In this document: positions 47,014 to 55,551 of the stretch, piece after piece
Layout: the number at the start of each line of letters is the position of its first letter
How positions within the stretch are numbered: position 1 is the first letter of the stretch
IMG/VR virus record: IMGVR_UViG_3300043395_002432
Span: 75,497-139,496 of that record
DNA length: 64,000 bases
Reading direction: 5' to 3' (one strand)
DNA from: a virus
Position numbers and translations under genes: made by a program
Notes under the pieces: generated by a model
What the model saw: only the letters and a program-made list of their open reading frames with translations
Told to the model about the DNA's origin: nothing
The model's database searches: none

Positions 47014-47556
47014 TTAGGAATCCTTCAGCCTTGCGAGCAAACCGTTCAACACCTCAAGGTGCGCCACGACCTTCGAGAAGGGAACCCGGATTTCCACCAG
47101 CCTGCGCGAGAGCGAGTCCAGCGGCTTCGTCAGCAGCTTCGTTACCGTACCGACACGCTCCGCATCCCCAAGAGCTTCCGAGACCTTCTCGACGTCCGCC
47201 CCCTGAAGGAGTAACTCCATCGCCCGGACGAGATGCTCGAAGGGCTTGGTCGAGATCTCCACCCCATAGGGCTTGCACGCCATGATCGCCTCGTCACGGA
47301 CGTCCAGAAACGCCTGGATCGTACTCTTCGCGTTGCGAGCGAAGGCAGGATTCCGAGTCGAAGGCGCAGTCCGAATTTCCAAGATCAGATCGCGGAGCGT
47401 CTTCGACTTGGCCCACGCCTCCTCGTAGAGGCTCTCAAACAGCTTGACCTCCCCCTCCAAGAACGCACTCGCATCCTCGATCTTCTTAGGGCTTAGCGGG
47501 GTCAACAGATCGTCAAGGGGCGTCGACTCCACCAAGACTTGCGCGAGCTTCTTCAT
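47014..47556 (-). CDS. Putative internal head protein (paralog of 46270-47004)
   Basis: MKKLAQVLVES; GAGGAG RBS. Confidence 0.65.
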   Translation of the reverse strand: MKKLAQVLVESTPLDDLLTPLSPKKIEDASAFLEGEVKLFESLYEEAWAKSKTLRDLILEIRTAPSTRNPAFARNAKSTIQAFLDVRDEAIMACKPYGVEISTKPFEHLVRAMELLLQGADVEKVSEALGDAERVGTVTKLLTKPLDSLSRRLVEIRVPFSKVVAHLEVLNGLLARLKDS

Positions 47557-47603
47557 GTCGGGTTCTCCTCGGGTGGAACTCAAAGCGATACTCTCGCTTT
47601 GAG

Positions 47604-47888
47604 TCAAGCGTATCTGCTCTCGGGCCAAATGTCATTGGTGCTGACCTTGACATCCTCACCCGTCACCGTGGCAAGGACACCACCCCTCCGAAGAAGGGAA
47701 GCGATCCGCTTCGCGTCCGCATTCGAATTCGTTTGCAAGACGACCTCCCCAGGGGCGTCCACCCAGGTGAACCTGATCCCCGAGACCTCGATCTCAGCAC
47801 CAAATCTGCCGAACTCGAACCCGAGGACGGCACCAATGGCCTTGTAGGCGTCAGCGGGCGTATGCAAGACCTTCAGCAGTGCGCGCAT
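47604..47888 (-). CDS. Hypothetical protein
   Basis: GGAGG RBS; MRALLKVL. Confidence 0.6.
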   Translation of the reverse strand: MRALLKVLHTPADAYKAIGAVLGFEFGRFGAEIEVSGIRFTWVDAPGEVVLQTNSNADAKRIASLLRRGGVLATVTGEDVKVSTNDIWPESRYA

Positions 47889-47914
47889 TCGAATCCTCCC
47901 ATAACGATGTCGAA

Positions 47915-48673
47915 TTAAAGAGGAGTCACGTCCACGTGACCCTTCTCACCAACGCTAACCTCGAATTTACCACGACCGAATTTGGCATCGATGGCACCCT
48001 GCACCTCCTTGGTGATCGGATTGACGTAGTCCGCACGCCAGCCATCCTCGTCCCAATCGCCGCCATCTTGGCCCTTCTCCCAAAAGTGATCGAGCCGCTT
48101 GCGCCATTCGTATGCGATCCGCCAATTCCCCCATTCGGCGTCCCAACGCACCTCTTCCACTCGCCCCCCGGTCTTGGTGGTCAAGCCTCGAAGGAATGGG
48201 GCAACCGAAGCAGGCTCCTTCCCCTCATGGATCTCATCTTCCTCTACGACCTTGAGGGCGCGCAGGACGGAGGGGCGCAGGATCTTGAGCGCTGCCGAGA
48301 CCTCCTCCGCTGCGAGCTTCTCAGCCGACGCTGTGGGAATTCCCTTGCGCTTGAGCTTCGTCACCTCCAAGAGGGTCGACCGCAGGCGCACCAAGAAGGC
48401 AAATTCCCTCCGCACGTCAGGAAACTCCGAGACGAGCGATCCCGCGACCTTCGGCAAGCTCCCCATGCCAGAGAATTCCCACTCACCCTGGAGCTTCAGG
48501 AGCGCGTCACCAAGATCCGTGATCGCAATGGCCGCTTCCGAGTGACGAACGCCACTCCTCAACGCCCGCTCCGCTTCCGAAAGCAGATCCAGAATCCTCC
48601 TCGACATCTTCCGCAGAGAAGCCGAAGAAGAGCCGTACCCCTGCTCATTCAGTGCCGCTACGAGACCACGCAT
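47915..48673 (-). CDS. Putative internal head protein
   Basis: MRGLVAALNE; C-terminal domain shared with next gene. Confidence 0.65.
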   Translation of the reverse strand: MRGLVAALNEQGYGSSSASLRKMSRRILDLLSEAERALRSGVRHSEAAIAITDLGDALLKLQGEWEFSGMGSLPKVAGSLVSEFPDVRREFAFLVRLRSTLLEVTKLKRKGIPTASAEKLAAEEVSAALKILRPSVLRALKVVEEDEIHEGKEPASVAPFLRGLTTKTGGRVEEVRWDAEWGNWRIAYEWRKRLDHFWEKGQDGGDWDEDGWRADYVNPITKEVQGAIDAKFGRGKFEVSVGEKGHVDVTPL

Positions 48674-48683
48674 GTCACCCTCC

Positions 48684-49802
48684 TTAGCTCAAAAGGGCCG
48701 CGAGAGACTTCACCCGCGACTCCACGATCTTCTGTAAACCCTTGTTGGTGCGGTAGACCCCGACGTAGCCCTTGTCGTCGATCTCGACATCGAACAAGTC
48801 AGCACCAAACTCACCCTCGAGGCGAGCAACGATCTCGTCCCGAAGGGGAGAGGCGTAGTCCTCATCCCACCCCTCAGAGTCCCACCCATCTTCGTCGTCT
48901 TCGCTCGAACCGTAGTGATCCAGACGCTCCCGATTCTCTGGCTCCGCAAGCCATTCAGCACCAGTCCATTCTGGACGCTTGAGTCGACCTGCCGTCTTGG
49001 TGCGAAGGCCCGAGAGGAATCGAGTGACCTCGTCCACGCTGAAGTTCCCGGCAGCCTTCTTCTCCGCCTCCGCCTTCTCGGCAGCAGCCTTCTCGGCCCT
49101 GATCCGCTCCTCGCGCTCCCTTGCCGCCGCCATATCTTTGTCGTAGGAGGACAAGCGCCGCGTGAGTTCGGCTGCCTTCGCCTTGATGTCGTCTGAACTT
49201 AATCCGGCGACGAACCTGCGTTTACGGTCGTAGACCTTGAGTAGCCCTTCCTCTTCGACGGAAAGATCGTCTCCATTAATGGAGCTGTCCACGTCACGAA
49301 ATTTCAGGAGGCTTTCTACACCAAGCCTCGCTGTGACCAAGTTGGTGTCTCCCGTCCCCAGATCGCTTCCACTCGATAAACGCCCAGAATTAAGCAATGT
49401 CAAGGATGCTGTCTTGATCCCGACTTTCTTCTGTGTCTTGGTGATGTGCTTCGCTAAGTCAGGGATACGAGCAGTCCTCCTTCCGTTCGAGAGCTTGCCT
49501 GCATCGAGCAGCGCGCATATCACCTCAAAGTCGGCATCAATGGCGAAGATGTTGGATTTATCCAACCCCTTGGTGACGAGCTTGTAGCAGTCCGTCAAGA
49601 AGCCCGACTTTGGACGCAACTCCACGTCCCTCTTCTCGAGGCTCGCATCCCGCAGAGTCTTCAAGCGCAGCATTTCCTTGAAGCCCACCTTCTGCGCCCA
49701 AGCCGAGGTATCGAAGTATGCAACCGCCAGAGCTTGCTTCTCGTAAGCACGACGCTGGGCATCCGATAACTTGGCTTCCAGTAGTTCACCGATGGTCCTC
49801 AT
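48684..49802 (-). CDS. Putative internal head protein
   Basis: MRTIGELLEA; GGAGAG RBS. Confidence 0.65.
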   Translation of the reverse strand: MRTIGELLEAKLSDAQRRAYEKQALAVAYFDTSAWAQKVGFKEMLRLKTLRDASLEKRDVELRPKSGFLTDCYKLVTKGLDKSNIFAIDADFEVICALLDAGKLSNGRRTARIPDLAKHITKTQKKVGIKTASLTLLNSGRLSSGSDLGTGDTNLVTARLGVESLLKFRDVDSSINGDDLSVEEEGLLKVYDRKRRFVAGLSSDDIKAKAAELTRRLSSYDKDMAAAREREERIRAEKAAAEKAEAEKKAAGNFSVDEVTRFLSGLRTKTAGRLKRPEWTGAEWLAEPENRERLDHYGSSEDDEDGWDSEGWDEDYASPLRDEIVARLEGEFGADLFDVEIDDKGYVGVYRTNKGLQKIVESRVKSLAALLS

Positions 49803-49864
49803 GGCTCTCTCCCTCTTGGTGGCTTTAGTCGAGGATGTCGGCGCGGGCAACGAATTCGAATTCG

Positions 49865-50335
49865 TCAAACGAGATCAGCGTAGAGAGCTTCTCGCTGCTC
49901 TTTGGTGCCGTACATGTGGACGAACTCGTCAATGGTCAGATCTGACCTACGTCCGAGACCCTCGACCCGCATGCGGTACGTCATGGGGTCGATCTTCCTT
50001 GCCTTCGGGCAGCGAATGACCATGTCGACCGCCGTAGCGATCTGCGCCTCTGTTGGATTCCGACCGAAGCGAATGTTGTAGGCGTTGGTGACACGCGCCC
50101 ACCCCTGAAGGTAGAGGAAGGCATCTGCTGGCCCTCCATGCTTGCGGTACGCCTCTCCGTCCGCATGCTTCCCGCGTAGGTACCGCTCGGCCCACTCGTT
50201 ATGCACCTCCCCACCAAGAGAGACCCACTCCCCAGACGGCTTGAGCCAAGCCGCCGAGGTGTAGTGAGGCGTGCAAGCATGAGCGATCTCCCACTCCGCG
50301 AAGGCTTCGCTCAAGACTTGGTGCAAGAGGCGCAT
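49865..50335 (-). CDS. Putative internal head protein
   Basis: MRLLHQVLSEA; WLKPSGE..HNEWA..GWARV motif. Confidence 0.65.
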   Translation of the reverse strand: MRLLHQVLSEAFAEWEIAHACTPHYTSAAWLKPSGEWVSLGGEVHNEWAERYLRGKHADGEAYRKHGGPADAFLYLQGWARVTNAYNIRFGRNPTEAQIATAVDMVIRCPKARKIDPMTYRMRVEGLGRRSDLTIDEFVHMYGTKEQREALYADLV

Positions 50336-50339
50336 GGGA

Positions 50340-51320
50340 TCAGTGGGTACGGACTTCGTACTTGCCGATCTTGAGGTAGACGCTCAGGCTCAGCCCCTTG
50401 ATCTGCTCGTCCATGTAAATCACATACCCATCGGGCCGAGGATCAACAGACGAGATCGTGACGTCCATCTCGTCCTTCGCGCCATACCCGAGCTTGCTCT
50501 TGAGGTGCTTCTCAGCCAGCGTCATGGCCATGTCCTGCATGGCCTTCATGAAGGGGGCGTCAATCGGGATCGTGCCAGAGCTGACCTCGTCCGACCCCTC
50601 CTGCATCTGCGACGCAGGCGTCCCGCGCTTCTCAGGCTCGGAGGGATCGCGGTACTGATACTGGTTGCCGACCGCAACGCGCTTCAGCCCGGTCAGGATC
50701 TTCACCTTGCCATCTTCACCAGCGATCAGGTGGGCAACGACATGCTCGTCAGCGCCCCGCTCTGACGCCTCGAACGTGGCGACCGCGTCGTAGATGAGCT
50801 GGGTGACCTTAGACACCACGCCGCTCCCGAGATCGATCTTCTTCCCGAGCTTCTTGTACGCATCGCGGATCGCCTTCTCAACATTGGGCCAGCTTTCCGA
50901 CGCCTTATCCTTCGGGAAGAGGGTCACCTCTCCGTAAAGGTTCTTCTTGGCGTCGCTCACTACGATGAGCTTGGCGTTGTACGCCTTGCCGTCCTCGAGA
51001 TCGAAGTTCAGCATGACGTTCAGATCCGGCCCCTGGCCCGGAGCGAGCTTCGCCTCATTCAAGCCCTCGCGGATCGTGCGCCGGTCGACGACCTTGGGCT
51101 TCCCGCCGTTGGAGGGATGCTTCAAGGTGCGAGCGGCTGCCAGGGGAGCGCCCCCGTCGTCGGGGAAGAAGGCTCGGTCGCCGTTGCTCAAGGTGCGCCA
51201 CACCCCGACCTTGCCTTCGTACTCCCACTTGCCGTCCCCAAGCTCCTTCGAGCGGGCCTCATCCACCACCTTGCAGCCACAGTCGCTCTCTGACAGCAAG
51301 GACGCAATCGACTTCGCCAT
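50340..51320 (-). CDS. Putative internal head protein
   Basis: MAKSIASLLSES; AAGGAG RBS. Confidence 0.65.
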   Translation of the reverse strand: MAKSIASLLSESDCGCKVVDEARSKELGDGKWEYEGKVGVWRTLSNGDRAFFPDDGGAPLAAARTLKHPSNGGKPKVVDRRTIREGLNEAKLAPGQGPDLNVMLNFDLEDGKAYNAKLIVVSDAKKNLYGEVTLFPKDKASESWPNVEKAIRDAYKKLGKKIDLGSGVVSKVTQLIYDAVATFEASERGADEHVVAHLIAGEDGKVKILTGLKRVAVGNQYQYRDPSEPEKRGTPASQMQEGSDEVSSGTIPIDAPFMKAMQDMAMTLAEKHLKSKLGYGAKDEMDVTISSVDPRPDGYVIYMDEQIKGLSLSVYLKIGKYEVRTH

Positions 51321-51343
51321 TGTCTACTCCTTCTCTGGGAGCC

Positions 51344-51568
51344 TTAGACTGGAGAAGGCTTTGCAGCAACCCTTCGAAAGAAGTCCGTCAATTCACGCAT
51401 GCGATGAATCCCTTTCAGCTCTGTGAGTGAGGGGATCTTGCATTCCGCGTGTGCCAAGATGCCAGAAGCACCAAGGATCATGTACTCAAGCCCGCTTTGG
51501 TGCAGGTAGAGCTTCATGGGGACGACGGCGGCGTCCTCAGAGTGAAAGCGCCACGCCTCAAGGCTCAC
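51344..51568 (-). CDS. Small hypothetical protein
   Basis: GTGA coupling. Confidence 0.5.
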   Translation of the reverse strand: MSLEAWRFHSEDAAVVPMKLYLHQSGLEYMILGASGILAHAECKIPSLTELKGIHRMRELTDFFRRVAAKPSPV

Positions 51569-51834
51569 TTCAACGCCTCTTGCATGACTTGCTCGACGTT
51601 CGGAAAGATCCCCAGGCAGCCCGGAGTGGAAGCGAGGATCTTGGCGAGCGTATCAGAGAACGTGTAGCGTGCGCTTAGCTCCGGGCTAAGCACCAGAATC
51701 CGAGAGCGCAGGGGGTCGTAGCGCACGACGCCCCCAGCACGAACCTTCTCGCGGATCTTCTCAACGACGGCAGCCGAATCACGCATGTCTTTTCCCTCCG
51801 CAGCTAAAGTAGCGTGTCCGACCGCCCCTTGCAT
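51565..51834 (-). CDS. Small hypothetical protein
   Basis: Follows Hen1-ligase gene; start may be the internal Met with GGAGG RBS. Confidence 0.5.
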   Translation of the reverse strand: MQGAVGHATLAAEGKDMRDSAAVVEKIREKVRAGGVVRYDPLRSRILVLSPELSARYTFSDTLAKILASTPGCLGIFPNVEQVMQEALK

Positions 51835-54449
51835 CAGAGACGAGGATCGAGGCTTCCGTCGTCAAGCGAGTGCAGCCGCAGACACGCCTCGGCGCAAGCG
51901 TACCGATCCCCCTCGTACCAAGCCTTGAGCGCCTTCTCGGCCATCCGGGTCTCGTTCGACGCCTGAGCCATCTTGCGGCCCACGGAGCGGTTCTGAAGCC
52001 GCCCCAGGTAGTCAGGGTACTCGGGGCCGTAGATCAGCCTGAGGTACTCAGGACGCCGCACCTTGATCGCTGGCGCAATCGAATTCGTTTCCAGCCCCTG
52101 CATGACCTTGAGATCCGCCTCCGCCGTAGAGCGACGCTGCCTCATCGAGGGCATGGGCTTGACGACGAAGCCCTCCAGATCGGGGGCAGCGGAGAGGAGG
52201 AAACGCCCCTCAACGAAGCTGCGGGCGACCAATTTCCGCCCAAAGGGTTGATCCAGCCACACCGTGTAGTCGGAGATCCCTCGAATCGCTCCTTCGTCTC
52301 CCAAGAGGCACGCAAGCTCCTCTCGGAAGGTGCGATCAGGATCTCCGATCATGAGGCTCTTTCGGGCCTTATCGAGCGCCGGAGTGCGGACGTTCCACAC
52401 CCTGTAGTGAACCTCCGAGGAAGCCCCGAAGATGTTGAGCTGGTTGCGGTAGGCTACAAGGTGCTTCAAGCGCCGCTCCTCGTAGAGATCGGGCCGATGC
52501 TTCTCGGCATGCGAGGCGAGGGCGGCAACGGGGCCGAAGGTATCCTCGATCAAGCCCCGAGCCTTCAGGCTCCAGGGCATCAATTCGCCGTCGAGGAGGA
52601 TCGGGGTGCCGTACCGCTGCACCAAGGTGTCGAGGGTGGGCTTTGCCCTCTCGAGGAACTCGGCCTCTTGCTCGGGGCGAAAGAACCGCATCCCTGCGCG
52701 AGAATGGAACTTCCACTCCTTCCCGTCCTGTGAGGAGGCGATCATGCGGCTGCCCATGTACTTATACTCTACGACGACCCGGTCGACGCCGACGCTCTCG
52801 TAGTAGCGGAAGGCTGCCTCAGGATGCTCGAGCAGTTGGTGCGCTGGGTGATCTGCACTCTCCTCTCGCAGCGACCGCATGATGCTCCCAGAGGGCGGGG
52901 GGATCGTGGCAGGCACGCAGGGAAGATCCCAGGGCGCTCCCTTGGTGCGGAGCCAAGACTCCAGCACGACCTTCGAGGGAAGCTCGAGGAGCGGCTCACG
53001 CGCCCAGGGGTCGGGGGGGCAGAAGCAGACCACGGCACCTTGTGTTGGCGCTCCGTACTTCTCGCTCTCGGAATTCTCCTGATCGACCCCGAACACCTTG
53101 CAAACTTGCCAGATCCCCTCCTTCTCGAGGCGGGTGAGGAACGCCCCGAATTCTTCACGCGTCCACTCGAAGGTGTGATCCCAATGGCGCAGTCCTTCGA
53201 GGTTCCAGGCGGCGTTGTACTCTCGATTCGGCGTCGTGATCAGCATGTGCTTGCCACCAAGCTGCTCGCGGAGCGCCTGCATGCAGAAGTCCACCATGTT
53301 CGGCGGGAGATGCTCGATCACCTCGACGAAGAGGAAGAGGTCGGCGGCTACGATCTCGGCGGGGAGCTTGAACCCGACCGCCCCTCGAACGACGGTGGCG
53401 CGCTTGAACGCCCCTGGTGCGGAACGCTTCTGGTTGCGCCGGAACCACTCTCGCTCCTCACCAAGCGGCTCCATGCCGATCATGGCCACGTTCTGCGTGT
53501 CTGCTCCGGGGAGAAGCGGGGCGAGCATGCGAAGGAAGCGACCGCCCCCACAGCCGAGGTCTGCGATCAGGCAGTCGCCCTTCATGAACGGAATGAGCTG
53601 CTCTGCGGTGACCTCTACCCGCCGCTGATACAGCGTGACGGTCTCCCCCTTGCCGCCCACGTCCTCCTCGCGCTCGGGCTGCGGCTCGACCTCGGAGGGA
53701 GGGAGGCTCGCGTCGAGAAGCTGCCGCTGCTTGCGGTTGTCCGTGAGCGAGTGAACGATCCGCGCCCGCATGCTTGGTGCAATGCTCGAGATCCAGCCCT
53801 CCATGAGCTTCGCTTGCGCCTTGACGTCGTCCTCGGAGAGGGGGTAGTGCCGATCCGAGGAAAGGACTCGCACCAACGTCACGATCTTCTGAAAGATCTC
53901 GTCGATGGAACCCTCGATCTCCAGCGAGAGATCCGCGAACTGCCCCACCAAGCCCCCGCCGTCCCAGCTCCCGTAGAGGTAGATCGGGCTGGGGCAGGGA
54001 CTCCCCTCAGACGGAACGAAGCCCAGGGCAGCCGCAACCTCGCCCACCACGCGCTCGTTCCTCCAGCCCGAGGAGAGCCTGAGGTTCGGGATCTGCATCC
54101 GAACCCGCATGTGCGGATCACACTTCGACGTCGCCTCCTCGGGGAAATTCCCCTTCAGCGGGGTCTTCCACATGCGGGCGAACGCCGAAATTCCCCTCGA
54201 GTCCGTCTGGTACGGGGCCGAGGTGACGTAGGGGGCGAGCGGGAAGCCAGAAGACCCCGTGATCACCAACGTCTCAGGCTCAAGGTGCAGGCTCGTCGTG
54301 ACCTTGAGCCAGTCCTCGCCCTGAACGAATTCGACTTCGCACTGCCCGACCCCCGCTCGCTTCGGGGCTTGCGGCGATGCGGGATTCTTGCCGAGCAGCC
54401 ACCCCACCGAGAGGGGATCGGCTACCAGAAACCAGAGGATGATCTTCAT
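51834..54449 (-). CDS. Hen1 (activation + 2'-O-methyltransferase) fused to Pnkp ligase domain
   Basis: WLLGKNP..PYVTSAPY (Hen1 N-half); DLGCGGG, EVIEHL, TTPNREYN, RHWDHTFEWTREEF (Hen1 MTase); LEHPEAAF, EYKYMGSR, LDGELMPWS, EGFVVKP, PAIKVRRPEYLRLIYGPEY, DPRL (Pnkp ligase). Confidence 0.9.
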   Translation of the reverse strand: MKIILWFLVADPLSVGWLLGKNPASPQAPKRAGVGQCEVEFVQGEDWLKVTTSLHLEPETLVITGSSGFPLAPYVTSAPYQTDSRGISAFARMWKTPLKGNFPEEATSKCDPHMRVRMQIPNLRLSSGWRNERVVGEVAAALGFVPSEGSPCPSPIYLYGSWDGGGLVGQFADLSLEIEGSIDEIFQKIVTLVRVLSSDRHYPLSEDDVKAQAKLMEGWISSIAPSMRARIVHSLTDNRKQRQLLDASLPPSEVEPQPEREEDVGGKGETVTLYQRRVEVTAEQLIPFMKGDCLIADLGCGGGRFLRMLAPLLPGADTQNVAMIGMEPLGEEREWFRRNQKRSAPGAFKRATVVRGAVGFKLPAEIVAADLFLFVEVIEHLPPNMVDFCMQALREQLGGKHMLITTPNREYNAAWNLEGLRHWDHTFEWTREEFGAFLTRLEKEGIWQVCKVFGVDQENSESEKYGAPTQGAVVCFCPPDPWAREPLLELPSKVVLESWLRTKGAPWDLPCVPATIPPPSGSIMRSLREESADHPAHQLLEHPEAAFRYYESVGVDRVVVEYKYMGSRMIASSQDGKEWKFHSRAGMRFFRPEQEAEFLERAKPTLDTLVQRYGTPILLDGELMPWSLKARGLIEDTFGPVAALASHAEKHRPDLYEERRLKHLVAYRNQLNIFGASSEVHYRVWNVRTPALDKARKSLMIGDPDRTFREELACLLGDEGAIRGISDYTVWLDQPFGRKLVARSFVEGRFLLSAAPDLEGFVVKPMPSMRQRRSTAEADLKVMQGLETNSIAPAIKVRRPEYLRLIYGPEYPDYLGRLQNRSVGRKMAQASNETRMAEKALKAWYEGDRYACAEACLRLHSLDDGSLDPRL

Positions 54450-54456
54450 GCCCCTT

Positions 54457-54500
54457 GAAGTAAGGCATCCTCCCCCGAAGGGGTGTCAAGATTGTGCAAA
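54457..54500 (-). promoter_or_regulatory. Degenerate tandem-TGAC promoter
   Basis: TTTGCA-caatc-TTGACA-N21-TACTTC. Confidence 0.45.
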
Positions 54501-54529
54501 GGACTATACCTCCTGCATGAGGAGGTGCC

Positions 54530-54832
54530 ATGAAGACCGACAACGACCCCAATGTAGTCAAGGGCATGCCGGTTCATTTAGCTGTCGGCTCCATCCTTCG
54601 TGGTTGGAATTCGACACGATCAAAGCTGATTGAGGTGGCGAACGAATGCGACTCGATTGCCAAGCGAACTCACGATCCCGACGTGGCCTCACTCGCGGAA
54701 GAGTTGAAGAAGGCTGCGTTGGTGCTGGTCAATATCGGAGAGCTTTTATCGGTGTTTCATCAGTACATTCCCACCAAGAAGGTCTCTTGGTGGGAGAAGG
54801 CTGTGGCGATCTTCACGATCTTGAAACAGTAG
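54530..54832 (+). CDS. Hypothetical protein (only credible plus-strand gene)
   Basis: GAGGAGG RBS, fills a gap with no minus-strand gene, lower GC. Confidence 0.7.
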   Translation: MKTDNDPNVVKGMPVHLAVGSILRGWNSTRSKLIEVANECDSIAKRTHDPDVASLAEELKKAALVLVNIGELLSVFHQYIPTKKVSWWEKAVAIFTILKQ

Positions 54833-55078
54833 CTACTTGTCAGTGGGCGTGGGCGTTGGCCCCGAGAGACTGTCTCGTCCCGGTCGCTTGCAGAGAAGGG
54901 AAACATGCTCCCAGGGCATCTCCGCCTTCAGGGCGACGATGAGGTCGCTGCTGTTCTGGCGAAAGTCGTCGAGCGACCAACGATCCAGTACGCCAACGAT
55001 ATCGAATTCGTCGGTGGCCTCTGAGGGCGAAAGCAGACCCTGCGGGGGGCGTGTCTTGAGAGCCGAGATCATGTTCAC
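54833..55078 (-). CDS. Small hypothetical protein
   Basis: GTGA coupling to upstream gene. Confidence 0.5.
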   Translation of the reverse strand: MNMISALKTRPPQGLLSPSEATDEFDIVGVLDRWSLDDFRQNSSDLIVALKAEMPWEHVSLLCKRPGRDSLSGPTPTPTDK

Positions 55079-55509
55079 TTCCCCCCCATGTTCATGCCCA
55101 GGTAGGTCGCTGCTGCCGCCACCAAGGCGACGATCAGCTTAGAGACGCTCTCGTTCGAGAGCAGGTTGAGGATCTTGTTGCTCCCCACTTGCCGCTCGGC
55201 CCGAAGACGGCTGATCTCTGCGTCCTCCAGGGCGAGGCGCTTGGCATAGGCTTCATTGGTGATCGCCTGCTTCTCGATGAAGGCGTGCAAGTCCTTCAGT
55301 TGCTGCTGTTGCGTCTGAAGGACTCTCCCCTGCTCTTCGATGAGCTGGCTCTGACGCTGAATGATCTGGTGCTGCGTCCGCTCAGCGTTTCCGTGTCGAT
55401 CAAGCTCGGTCGCCAATTCTTGCTGCGACTCCAGCAGACGAATGAAAAACGGCCTCAGCCCATTCATCGCTGCCGAGACCGCCTTCTGGATCATCTCGGT
55501 GTCTGCCAT
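55075..55509 (-). CDS. Putative holin-like coiled-coil protein with C-terminal TM
   Basis: Directly after endolysin; LIVALVAAAATYLG. Confidence 0.5.
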   Translation of the reverse strand: MADTEMIQKAVSAAMNGLRPFFIRLLESQQELATELDRHGNAERTQHQIIQRQSQLIEEQGRVLQTQQQQLKDLHAFIEKQAITNEAYAKRLALEDAEISRLRAERQVGSNKILNLLSNESVSKLIVALVAAAATYLGMNMGGK

Positions 55510-55551
55510 CTTACCCTCTTGAGGCACCAATGGCAGAATGCACCGAACTCG

